From NCBI GenBank assembly GCA_031431875.1, contig JANPEF010000088.1, positions 1 through 48,569 of the forward strand: a stretch of DNA of 48,569 nucleotides, in the 5' to 3' direction. This DNA comes from Candidatus Eiseniibacteriota bacterium (GTDB lineage Bacteria; Eisenbacteria; RBG-16-71-46; DASYSL01). Shown here piece after piece: positions 17,365 to 25,207 of this stretch; position 1 is the first letter of the stretch; each line of letters opens with the position of its first letter. The translations under genes and the position numbers were made by a program. The notes under the pieces were generated by a model. That model searched no databases and was not told the origin of the DNA. It was given only the letters and a program-made list of their open reading frames with translations.

Positions 17365-19152
17365 TCAGTCGACCAGCCTTGCCACCAGCAGCGTCAAGTC
17401 GTCGTTCAGGTGCCGCTCGCCGGTGAAGGCGTCGACCTGGGTGCGGATCGACTCGACGATCTCGGCCGCGGGGCGGTGCGCCTTGGCGCGGACCAGCGCC
17501 TCGAGGCGCTCGACGCCGAACTCCTCCTCGTGCTCGTTGGCCGCCTCGGTCACGCCGTCGGTGTAGAGCACCAGCACGTCGCCCGTGGCAAGCGGCGTCG
17601 GGCGCTCCTCGTAGGACGAGTCCTCGAGCACGCCCAGCGGCAGACCTCCCTCGCTCAACCACTCGGCGCGGCCGTCGGCGTGGAGCAACAGCGGCGGGTT
17701 GTGCCCCGCATTGGAGAACGTGAACACGCGGTTCTTGGCGTCGAGCACGCCGTAGAACGCGGTGACGAACTTCCCGGGCTCGGTGCTCTCGAACAGCAGG
17801 CGGTTCACCTTCTGCAGGATGCGGCGGATCGCGTAGTGGTTGCGGATCTCGGCCAGCAGGCTGGCGCGGAACGCGGCCATGAGCAGCGCGGCAGCGACGC
17901 CCTTGCCCGAGACGTCGCCGATGGCAAGGCCGATCTGGTTGTCGACGATGCGGATCCAGTCGTAGTAGTCGCCGCCCACGTCGCGATACGGGATGTTGAG
18001 CCCGGCGAGGTCGAGCCCGGCCATGGTCGGCGGCGTCGTGGGCAGGAACGACGCCTGGATGCCGCGCGCGATCTCGAGTTCGCGCTCGAGGTTGCGCGCC
18101 TGCATCGCCTGGTCGACCAGGCGGGCGCGCTCGATCGCCGCCGCCGCCTGCGAGGCGAAGGTCTTGAGGAACTCGAGATGGCCCTCGTGGTACGCATCGA
18201 GGTCGTCGTTCTCGAGGTTGAACACGCCGATGATGCGGCCTCGACTGACGATGGGGCAGGCGATCTCGGACCGCGTCTGCGGGCGCGCCGCGACGTAGCG
18301 CGTGTCGGCGCGTGCGTCGGCAACGCTGACCGATTCGCCGGTCTTCGCCACCCAGCCGACGATGCCCTCGCCGATCCTGAGGCTGTCGTCGGTGAACTTC
18401 GGCGGGTAGCCGCGGCTCGCCTCGGACACGACCTCCTTGGTCTCGCGATCGAGCAGGTAGATCGCCGCCGCGTCGTAGTGAACGATGCGCCGCAGCTGGT
18501 CCATGATCGCCTCGAGCGTCTGCGTCAGGTCGAGGGGCAGCGCCAGCGCGCGCCCGACCTCGAGCAGCACGGCGCGCTCGAGCGACTTGCGGCGCGTGTC
18601 GTAGTAGAGCTGCGCGTTCTCGATCGCGACCGCCAGGTCCTCGCTCACCGACTCGAGCGCGTTACGGTCGTCGTCGCTGAACCCGTCGGCCCCCGCCTTG
18701 TCCAGGCACTCGATGACGCCGAGGCAGGCGCCGCGCCGCAGCAGCGGCACGAGCAGCGCCGAGCGGAACGCGTCGTCGGGGTCTGCGCCGGTCCCCGGCC
18801 CGAGCACGAGCGTGCGGCGCTCGGTCGCGGCGCGGCCGACCGTGCCGGCGTCGGCGAGCAGGATGAGCTCACTCACGCCGTCGGGCGCGGAGGGGTCGAA
18901 CTCGCGGGCGACGAGGCGCTGCCCACCGCGTCGCAGCAGCCACAGGCGCACGCGTTCGGCGCGCACCAGACCGTGCACGAACGCCGCTGCGGCCTGGATC
19001 AGCTCGTCGAGTTCGAGCGTCCCGGTGAAGAAGTCGGTGAGGTTGCGAAAGCGACATTGCCGCGGGGACGCCCCCTCGCGCCAGGAACAGGCGTCCGGGG
19101 CGGTCAACGGGAGGGTCGTCACCGGGGCGATCTGGGGGAGGTCGGAGGGCAT
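17365..19152 (-). CDS. GAF-GAF-PP2C (SpoIIE/RsbU-type) protein phosphatase
   Basis: Two GAF domains (LLVPL..RG..LGVIE; RSEIACPI..RG.IIGVFNLE), coiled linker ELEIARGIQ, and PP2C motifs VGGDYYD, GDVSGKG, NAGH, YTDG, DDLT. Confidence 0.92.
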   Translation of the reverse strand: MPSDLPQIAPVTTLPLTAPDACSWREGASPRQCRFRNLTDFFTGTLELDELIQAAAAFVHGLVRAERVRLWLLRRGGQRLVAREFDPSAPDGVSELILLADAGTVGRAATERRTLVLGPGTGADPDDAFRSALLVPLLRRGACLGVIECLDKAGADGFSDDDRNALESVSEDLAVAIENAQLYYDTRRKSLERAVLLEVGRALALPLDLTQTLEAIMDQLRRIVHYDAAAIYLLDRETKEVVSEASRGYPPKFTDDSLRIGEGIVGWVAKTGESVSVADARADTRYVAARPQTRSEIACPIVSRGRIIGVFNLENDDLDAYHEGHLEFLKTFASQAAAAIERARLVDQAMQARNLERELEIARGIQASFLPTTPPTMAGLDLAGLNIPYRDVGGDYYDWIRIVDNQIGLAIGDVSGKGVAAALLMAAFRASLLAEIRNHYAIRRILQKVNRLLFESTEPGKFVTAFYGVLDAKNRVFTFSNAGHNPPLLLHADGRAEWLSEGGLPLGVLEDSSYEERPTPLATGDVLVLYTDGVTEAANEHEEEFGVERLEALVRAKAHRPAAEIVESIRTQVDAFTGERHLNDDLTLLVARLVD

Positions 19153-19158
19153 GGCCGC

Positions 19159-19188
19159 ACGCTAGCACGCGCCGCGGACAGCTTGCAA
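19159..19188 (-). promoter_or_regulatory. sigma70-type leaderless promoter of the GAF-PP2C gene
   Basis: TTGCAA (19188-19183), 18-nt spacer, TAGCGT (19164-19159) with extended TG, 6 nt before the ATG; no RBS. Confidence 0.5.
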
Positions 19189-19231
19189 TTCGCCGCGCCC
19201 GGTGCGGCTTCGGGCGTCCTGCAGCGACGCC

Positions 19232-19259
19232 TCAAGCCAGCCCGCCGACCGGCCGATAC
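19232..19259 (+). promoter_or_regulatory. sigma28 (FliA/WhiG)-like promoter of the PilB-like gene
   Basis: TCAAG (19232-19236), 15-nt spacer, GCCGATAC (19252-19259), just upstream of the GGGAGG RBS and ATG 19277. Confidence 0.5.
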
Positions 19260-19276
19260 CATTCCCGGGAGGATCC

Positions 19277-21427
19277 ATGGCCAAGGAGCACAGGAAGATC
19301 GGCGACATCCTCGTCGCCGCCGGACTGATCAGCGACGTGCAGCTCCTCGACGCACTCGACGCCCAGAAGAAGTCGGGCGCACTGCTCGGGGAAGTGCTCG
19401 TGTCGCAGGGCTATGTCAGCGAGCAGGCGATCTGCCAGGCGCTGCACTCCCAGCTCGGTCTGCCGGTCGTCAACCTCGAGGACATCGAGGTCGACGATCG
19501 CGTGCTCTCGCTGGTCCGCGAGGACCTGGCCAAGAAGTACCACGCCCTCCCGCTGCGCCTCGAAGGCCAGACTCCCGGCCGCGCCACCGAGCTCGTCGTC
19601 GCCATGTCCGACCCGCTCAACAGCGAGGCCACGGACGACCTGCGCTTCCACTCGGGTTTCTTCATCAAGCCGGTGCTCGCCCCCGCGTCGGAGATCGCCG
19701 AGGCGATCACGCGCTACTACCACCTCGACGCGTCGATGGGCGAGGTGCTCGAAACGATCGTCTCCGAGGACGAGGAACTGCAGGTCACCCACATCTCCGA
19801 GCAGGACATGCCGGAGGCGGTGGACGAGCTGATCAAGGAGTCGTCGGGCCGCCCCATCGTGCGCCTGGTCAACTGGATCCTGACCAAGGCCGTCAACGAG
19901 CGCGCCTCCGACATCCACATCGAGCCGCAGGACAAGGACGTCATCCTGCGCTTCCGCGTCGACGGCCTGCTGCGCGAGATCGAGCGCCTGCCCAAGTGGG
20001 CGCAGGGCCCGATCGTCTCGCGCATCAAGGTCCTGTCGAACCTCGACATCGCCGAGAAGCGTCTGCCCCAGGACGGCCGCTTCAAGGTCGAGATCGCGCA
20101 GCGCCCGATCGAGCTCCGCGTCTCGACGCTGCCGACCACCTACGGCGAGAAGGTCGTGACCCGCATCGTCGACCAGTACCGGAACCCCGCCGACATCTCG
20201 ACGCTCGGCTTCCAGGCCGCCGACATGGCGACGGTGCAGAAGCTGATCGGCCGCCCCCAGGGCATCGTGCTGGTCACCGGCCCCACCGGCTCGGGCAAGT
20301 CGACCACGCTCTACTCGTTCCTGCGCCACATCCAGAACGAGACGCTCAACCTGGTCACCGTCGAGGACCCCGTCGAGTACCAGCTCCCGGGCGTCAACCA
20401 GGTGCACGTCGACGAGCGGGCCAAGAAGACCTTCGCCGGCGCCCTGCGCGCGATCCTGCGGCAGGACCCGGACGTGATCATGATCGGCGAGATCCGCGAC
20501 ACCGAGACGGCGCAGATCGCCTTCCGCGCCTCGATCACCGGACACATGGTGCTGTCGACGGTGCACACCAACGACGCGCCCTCGGCGATCACCCGCCTGG
20601 TCGACATGGGGCTGCAGCCGTTCATGGTCGCCTCGTCGCTCCAGTGCGTGATCTCGATGCGCCTGGTGCGCATGATCTGCCCCAAGTGCCGCGAGGCACA
20701 GGAGATGGATCCCGAGGAGCTGCGCGCCATCGGCCTGAACGTCAGCGGGACCGATCCGGTCGTCGTCTACCGCGGCATCGGCTGCGCCCACTGCCACGGC
20801 TCGGGCTACTACGGACGCACCGGCCTGTTCGAGGTCCTCGAGGTCAACGACTCGATCCGCGAGCTGATCAACCAGGGGGCGCCCGACTCGACGATCAAGA
20901 TCGCCGCCGTCGACCTGGGCATGCGCACGCTCGCCGAGGACGGGATCGAGAAGGTGCTGGCCGGCATCACCACGCTCGACGAGGTCAACCGCGTCGTCTA
21001 CCTCGCCGAGGAGAACCGTCGCCTGTGTCCGCACTGCACGTGCGTGCTCGCCGGCGAGTTCGACTACTGCCCGTCGTGCGGCCATTTCGTCGGCGACAGC
21101 TGCGTGCAGTGCCATCGCAAGCTGAACACGCACTGGGGCTACTGCCCGTTCTGTGGCACGACCAACCGTGCCTCGCGCGACCAGGGTCGCCCCGCCTACG
21201 TCGATCCGCGCCTGCACGGACCGGCCTCGGCCGCGCTCGCCGCCGCCACCGCGGGCCAGGCGCCACCGCCGCTGGTGGGCGCGTCGTTCACCGAGCGCCT
21301 GCTCGGCGGCGAGAGCGCGCTCGGCGAACGCCACGTCCCCGGTCCCGTCGTCAGCAGCGGCAGGACGCCGACGCTGCCCGGCGCGCCCGGCGGCGGCGCG
21401 AGCCTGGGCGACACCTCCGTGCGCTGA
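19277..21427 (+). CDS. PilB/GspE-family assembly ATPase with MshEN N-domain and C-terminal double zinc ribbon
   Basis: MshEN-like repeats; ASDIHIEP, DIAEKRLPQDGR, Walker A GPTGSGKST, TVEDPVEY, LRQDPDVIMIGEIRD, GHMVLSTVHTND; CPKC/CAHC; four extra CxxC motifs at the C-terminus. Confidence 0.92.
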   Translation: MAKEHRKIGDILVAAGLISDVQLLDALDAQKKSGALLGEVLVSQGYVSEQAICQALHSQLGLPVVNLEDIEVDDRVLSLVREDLAKKYHALPLRLEGQTPGRATELVVAMSDPLNSEATDDLRFHSGFFIKPVLAPASEIAEAITRYYHLDASMGEVLETIVSEDEELQVTHISEQDMPEAVDELIKESSGRPIVRLVNWILTKAVNERASDIHIEPQDKDVILRFRVDGLLREIERLPKWAQGPIVSRIKVLSNLDIAEKRLPQDGRFKVEIAQRPIELRVSTLPTTYGEKVVTRIVDQYRNPADISTLGFQAADMATVQKLIGRPQGIVLVTGPTGSGKSTTLYSFLRHIQNETLNLVTVEDPVEYQLPGVNQVHVDERAKKTFAGALRAILRQDPDVIMIGEIRDTETAQIAFRASITGHMVLSTVHTNDAPSAITRLVDMGLQPFMVASSLQCVISMRLVRMICPKCREAQEMDPEELRAIGLNVSGTDPVVVYRGIGCAHCHGSGYYGRTGLFEVLEVNDSIRELINQGAPDSTIKIAAVDLGMRTLAEDGIEKVLAGITTLDEVNRVVYLAEENRRLCPHCTCVLAGEFDYCPSCGHFVGDSCVQCHRKLNTHWGYCPFCGTTNRASRDQGRPAYVDPRLHGPASAALAAATAGQAPPPLVGASFTERLLGGESALGERHVPGPVVSSGRTPTLPGAPGGGASLGDTSVR

Positions 21428-21454
21428 TGCTCCGTCCGAGTCCCGGGGCGGGCC

Positions 21455-21483
21455 TTGCGCCCTCCGGCCGCCTCGGTTAACGT
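21455..21483 (+). promoter_or_regulatory. sigma70-type promoter of the flavin reductase gene
   Basis: TTGCGC (21455-21460), 17-nt spacer, TAACGT (21478-21483), about 57 nt before the ATG. Confidence 0.4.
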
Positions 21484-21540
21484 GCGCCTCGTCGGCGGCC
21501 ACGGCTCACGCTGGGCCGCCTTTCCCTTTCCGGAGAGCGC

Positions 21541-22257
21541 ATGGCCAAGGAAACCTACGCAGCGCGCTGCACCGCGAATGTCCTGCTGACGCCGCGCGTG
21601 CACGAGACGCTGTTCGAACTCGTCGATCCCCCGCAGTTCGCGTTCAAGGCCGGTCAGTTCGTCACCGTCCCGGTGGCCGAGGGCGTGCTGCGCTCGTACT
21701 CGATCGCCTCGCCCCCGGAGGATCCGCGCTGGCTCAAGCTGGCGGTCGACGTGCAGCCCGGCGGCCCGGGCTCGCAGTTCTTCGCCGCGCTCCAGCCCGG
21801 GCAGGACGTGAAGTTCCAGGGCCCCTACGGCGCGTTCGTCGTGCGCGACGACGCGCACGAGCACCTCGTGTTCGTCGGCACCGGCACGGGCATCGCGCCG
21901 TTGCGCTCGATGATCCTCGACCTCGAGCGCCGCGGACAGGGCGGACGACGGATGACGCTGTTCTTCGGCGTGCGCTTCGCCGACGACCTCATGTACCACG
22001 AGGAGTTCCTGGCGCTCGCCGCGAAGCACCCCGACACGTTCACCTACATCCCGTCGCTGTCGCGCCCCGAGGGCGCGGACTGGCCGGGCGACACGGGACG
22101 CGTGACCACGGTGATCCCGCGCCTGCTCGCGCCCGAGGTGGCCGCCGCGGCCACGGCCTACCTGTGCGGCTCGAAGGAAATGCTCAAGGAGGTGACCGAG
22201 ATCCTGGTCGGCCTGGGCATGGATCGAAAGCACGTGAAGAAGGAGCAGTTCTGGTGA
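21541..22257 (+). CDS. FAD/NAD(P)-binding oxidoreductase, ferredoxin-NADP reductase family
   Basis: FKAGQF, RSYSIAS, GPYG.F, GTGTGIAP, YLCG, C-terminal EQFW. Confidence 0.88.
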   Translation: MAKETYAARCTANVLLTPRVHETLFELVDPPQFAFKAGQFVTVPVAEGVLRSYSIASPPEDPRWLKLAVDVQPGGPGSQFFAALQPGQDVKFQGPYGAFVVRDDAHEHLVFVGTGTGIAPLRSMILDLERRGQGGRRMTLFFGVRFADDLMYHEEFLALAAKHPDTFTYIPSLSRPEGADWPGDTGRVTTVIPRLLAPEVAAAATAYLCGSKEMLKEVTEILVGLGMDRKHVKKEQFW

Positions 22258-22289
22258 GCTGCAGCCCGGGCCCGTGAGCGGAAATGCCA

Positions 22290-22323
22290 CGAGGGGTGCG
22301 CCCGTCACGGGACGCACCCCTCG
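22290..22323. terminator. Hairpin between the convergent reductase gene and tRNA-Ala (possible bidirectional terminator)
   Basis: CGAGGGGTGCG (22290-22300) / CGCACCCCTCG (22313-22323) with inner CCCGT/ACGGG pairing; followed by CTCGTTTT on the plus strand. Confidence 0.6.
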
Positions 22324-22369
22324 CTCGTTTTCATGGCCTGCCACAGGCGCATCGAAGTCGCGCTGAAAT

Positions 22370-22445
22370 TGGTGGAGCTGAGGGGGCTCGAACCCCTGAC
22401 CCCAAGACTGCCAGCCTTGTGCTCTACCAGCTGAGCTACAGCCCC
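22370..22445 (-). tRNA. tRNA-Ala (anticodon GGC)
   Basis: GGGGCTGTAGCTCAGCTGGTAGAGCACAAGGCTGGCAGTCTTGGGGTCAGGGGTTCGAGCCCCCTCAGCTCCACCA: 76-nt cloverleaf with G3:U70 pair and encoded CCA. Confidence 0.97.
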
Positions 22446-22470
22446 ACCGTGCTCGCCTGCGTACGGCCGC

Positions 22471-22500
22471 AGGATAGCCGGAGCGATGCGCGAGCGTCAA
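22471..22500 (-). promoter_or_regulatory. sigma70-type promoter of tRNA-Ala
   Basis: TTGACG (22500-22495), 18-nt spacer, TATCCT (22476-22471). Confidence 0.65.
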
Positions 22501-22513
22501 GCCGGGGCGCGCA

Positions 22514-22522
22514 TGCTATGCT
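22514..22522 (+). promoter_or_regulatory. Extended -10 promoter of tRNA-Leu
   Basis: TGcTATGCT ending 9 nt before the tRNA 5' end. Confidence 0.5.
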
Positions 22523-22531
22523 GCGGCCCGC

Positions 22532-22620
22532 GCCGGAGTGGTGAAACTGGCAGACGCGCCGGACTCAAAATCCGGTGGGGCTCAAACCCCGTGTCGGTTC
22601 GATTCCGACCTCCGGCACCA
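22532..22620 (+). tRNA. tRNA-Leu (anticodon CAA)
   Basis: GCCGGAG acceptor stem; anticodon arm CCGGA-CTCAAAA-TCCGG; long variable arm GGGG-CTCAAA-CCCC; GTTCGATT T-loop; ACCA end; 89 nt. Confidence 0.97.
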
Positions 22621-22651
22621 TCCTTTCTTCCCTCGTGCGGAGATTTCCCCC

Positions 22652-24370
22652 GTGACCCCCAGCGACGTCGCCGCACGCGCGTGGATCGAGCGGAGCGACG
22701 CGATCGCCCGCACCACGCTCGAGACCTACCTCCGCTTCGACCCCGAGACCGGCAGCATGTTCGGCGTGCCGGGCAGCGACGAGCGCGCGTTCGACCTCGG
22801 ACCCGACGTCGCAAACCGCGCGATCACCGCGTTCACCGCGCGGGTCGAGGCGTTGCGCACGCTGCTCGCCGCCGAGCCGGACCGCTTCGTCGGCCAGGAC
22901 CTGGAGCTGATGATCGACGCGCTCGAGCGGGCGAGCGAACGCTGCCGCGTCGAGCAGGCACTCCTGCTTCCCTACGGCGACCGCATGAACGTGATCTTCG
23001 AGGGATTGCGCATCCTGCTCGACGAGCGCAACATTGCCGCGCGGCGTGCACTCGCGCTGGGGCGCCTCGCGCTCTACGCCGGGCTCGCGCCGGGATCGAC
23101 ACCGCTGCTCGAGCTGGCCGCCGCGCGCTATCGCGAGCGCGTCGGCGACGCGACGCTGCTCGGGCCCTTTCGCGGACAGGTGGAGAAGGATCGCGCCAAC
23201 GCGCCGCAGCTGCTCGCCGGGATCGGCCCGCTGTTCGTCGAGGCCGGCATCGACGGCTGGTCGGAGGCGCACGCCGTGCTGACGCGCCAGGCCGAGGCGT
23301 ACGACACGTTCGTGCGCGACGAGATCCTGCCGCGGGCGCGCGCGGAGTTCCGGCTGCCGCCCGAGCTCTACGCGCTCGCGCTGCGCGACTACGGCGTCGA
23401 CCTGCCGGCGGCCGAGCTCGCCGACCGCGCCGAGGTCGCCTTCCGCGAGATCCAGAACGAGATGCAGGCGATCGCCCCGCTCGTCGCGCGCGCGCGCGGC
23501 CTCGCTGCGACGGACTATCGCGCCGTGCTCGCCGCGCTCAAGCAGGAACAGTTCGTCGGCGAGGCGATCCTCCCCCACTACGTCGCGCGGCTCGCCGACC
23601 TCGAGGCGATCATCCGCCGCGAGGGCATCGTCACCCTGCCGGGGCGCGCCGCCTCCATCCGCCTGGCCGGTCCGGCCGAGAGTGCGGCCAGTCCCGCGCC
23701 CCACATGGACATGCCACGCATGCTGGGCAACACCGGCGAGCGCGGCGTCTTCGTGCTGCCGCTGGCGGTGCCCGGGCGCCCCGGCGAGGCGACGTTGCCG
23801 TACGACGACTTCACGTTCGAGGCCGCGTCGTGGACGCTGACCGCGCACGAAGCACGGCCCGGACACGAGTTGCAGTTCGCCGCGATGGTCGAGGTCGGCG
23901 TCTCGCTGGCGCGCCAGCTGTTCGCGCTCAACAGCACCAATGCCGAGGGCTGGGGCCTGTATGTCGAGGCCGAGATGAAGCCCTACGAGCCGCTCGACGG
24001 ACAGCTCGTCGCGCTGCAGCACCGGCTCATGCGGGCCGCGCGCGCGTTCCTCGACCCGGGCCTGCAAGCCGGAACGATCGCACCCGAGACCGCGACACGT
24101 GTCCTGCGCGAGGACGTGGTGCTGTCCGAGGGCATGGCGCTCCAGGAGGTGGAGCGCTATACGTTCCGGGCGCCCGGGCAGGCCACCTCGTACTTCTGCG
24201 GCTACCAGCGACTGATGGCCCTGCGCAACGAGGTCGAGCGGATCCTCGGCTCACGCTTCGTGCGCCTGCGCTTCCACGACTTCCTGCTCGCCCAGGGCGT
24301 CCTCCCCCCCGGCCTCCTGCGCCGCGCCGTGCTCGAGGAGTTCATTCCTCGGGAAATGTCCCGGGCATAG
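22652..24370 (+). CDS. DUF885 family protein (putative metallopeptidase fold)
   Basis: AHEARPGHELQ, EGWGLYVE, RAARAFLDPGL, EVERYT..PGQATSY..G, FHDFLL..G.LP. GTG start chosen just after tRNA-Leu because the longer ORF overlaps the tRNA. Confidence 0.85.
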   Translation: MTPSDVAARAWIERSDAIARTTLETYLRFDPETGSMFGVPGSDERAFDLGPDVANRAITAFTARVEALRTLLAAEPDRFVGQDLELMIDALERASERCRVEQALLLPYGDRMNVIFEGLRILLDERNIAARRALALGRLALYAGLAPGSTPLLELAAARYRERVGDATLLGPFRGQVEKDRANAPQLLAGIGPLFVEAGIDGWSEAHAVLTRQAEAYDTFVRDEILPRARAEFRLPPELYALALRDYGVDLPAAELADRAEVAFREIQNEMQAIAPLVARARGLAATDYRAVLAALKQEQFVGEAILPHYVARLADLEAIIRREGIVTLPGRAASIRLAGPAESAASPAPHMDMPRMLGNTGERGVFVLPLAVPGRPGEATLPYDDFTFEAASWTLTAHEARPGHELQFAAMVEVGVSLARQLFALNSTNAEGWGLYVEAEMKPYEPLDGQLVALQHRLMRAARAFLDPGLQAGTIAPETATRVLREDVVLSEGMALQEVERYTFRAPGQATSYFCGYQRLMALRNEVERILGSRFVRLRFHDFLLAQGVLPPGLLRRAVLEEFIPREMSRA

Positions 24371-24610
24371 CCCAGGGGCGTTCAGGTTTCACCCGAGACG
24401 AACCCGGCATATTGCAATGCACCAAAAGCTTCAGCGGCTCAAACGCGCCGATTTCCTCGCCCGAGCGGTCCTCGTTGCGAGCGCCAACCCGGAATTTCAC
24501 AGGGAAAAAGATTCCCACTCGTGCTATTCTCTTCCCTGTCGGCACCACCGCCCCGGCTGCGACGTTGCTCCTCCGCCTGCTGCTCTGAACTCATCGCGAG
24601 GAAATCCCCA

Positions 24611-25072
24611 GTGCCCGCGATCAAGCTCAGTTTGCTGTTCATCGCCCTCGCCGGCTTCTTCGGACGCCGCGGAGAGGCCCGGCGTGCCGCCGAACGCGAG
24701 CCCCTGCCGCCCCTGGTTGTGGTCGAGGGCACGCCCGATCCCAGCCTGACGTCCGTCATTGTGGCGGCGGCCGAGCGGCTTGGAGCCACGGTTTGCACCG
24801 TGGACGCCCTGTCCGACCTGGTTCGGGACCCCGATCTCGAGGCAATCGTGGCGGTGGTGCTCACCCGTCCGCGCGCCCCGCGGGACTGGTCCCACGCCAT
24901 CCGCGACGCCCGGGAGATCGTCGGCGACCGCCCGATTGCGGTGCTCGCTCCCCAGCCGACGTCGACGACCCTCGAGGCGGCCCTGCCGCTCGATCCGGCC
25001 TTTGTCGCCCCCCCGGTCAGCGTCGACCGGCTCCTCTTCGCGCTCGGCATGGGGAGTGATACGCGGGTCTGA
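24611..25072 (+). CDS. Hypothetical protein: N-terminal hydrophobic helix plus receiver-like domain
   Basis: GAGGA RBS before GTG 24611; alternating beta/alpha pattern LVVVEG / VAVVLT / RPIAVLA / FVAPPVSVDRLL; extended -10 TGcTATTCT at 24522-24530. Confidence 0.55.
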   Translation: MPAIKLSLLFIALAGFFGRRGEARRAAEREPLPPLVVVEGTPDPSLTSVIVAAAERLGATVCTVDALSDLVRDPDLEAIVAVVLTRPRAPRDWSHAIRDAREIVGDRPIAVLAPQPTSTTLEAALPLDPAFVAPPVSVDRLLFALGMGSDTRV

Positions 25073-25207
25073 GCTTTTTTCGCCGCCCCGCCGCACTTTT
25101 CCCTTCAACACTCGGCCGCATTTTTCAATGATGCGCAGGTCGGCGTTCGCCTCGCGACGCCCGTCCCGGCGCGCCTGCGCCCTCCTGCCTTCCCCCCGGA
25201 GAACCGA

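Noticed and set aside
17410..21480. Very long alternative-frame ORFs (1356 aa here; also 134-2095, 2085-4307, 19232-21502, 24524-26665, 30527-32923, 45409-47733)
   Set aside because: They are Arg/Gly/Ala-rich with no family motifs and overlap well-supported genes. Long shadow ORFs are expected when high GC makes stop codons rare.
22538..22651. N-terminal extension of DUF885 given by the ORF track
   Set aside because: It runs through the tRNA-Leu gene; the in-frame GTG at 22652 is more plausible.
22370..25200. Genomic island integrated at tRNA-Leu or tRNA-Ala
   Set aside because: No integrase, I found no duplicated tRNA 3' end in the window, and the flanking genes look native in composition.
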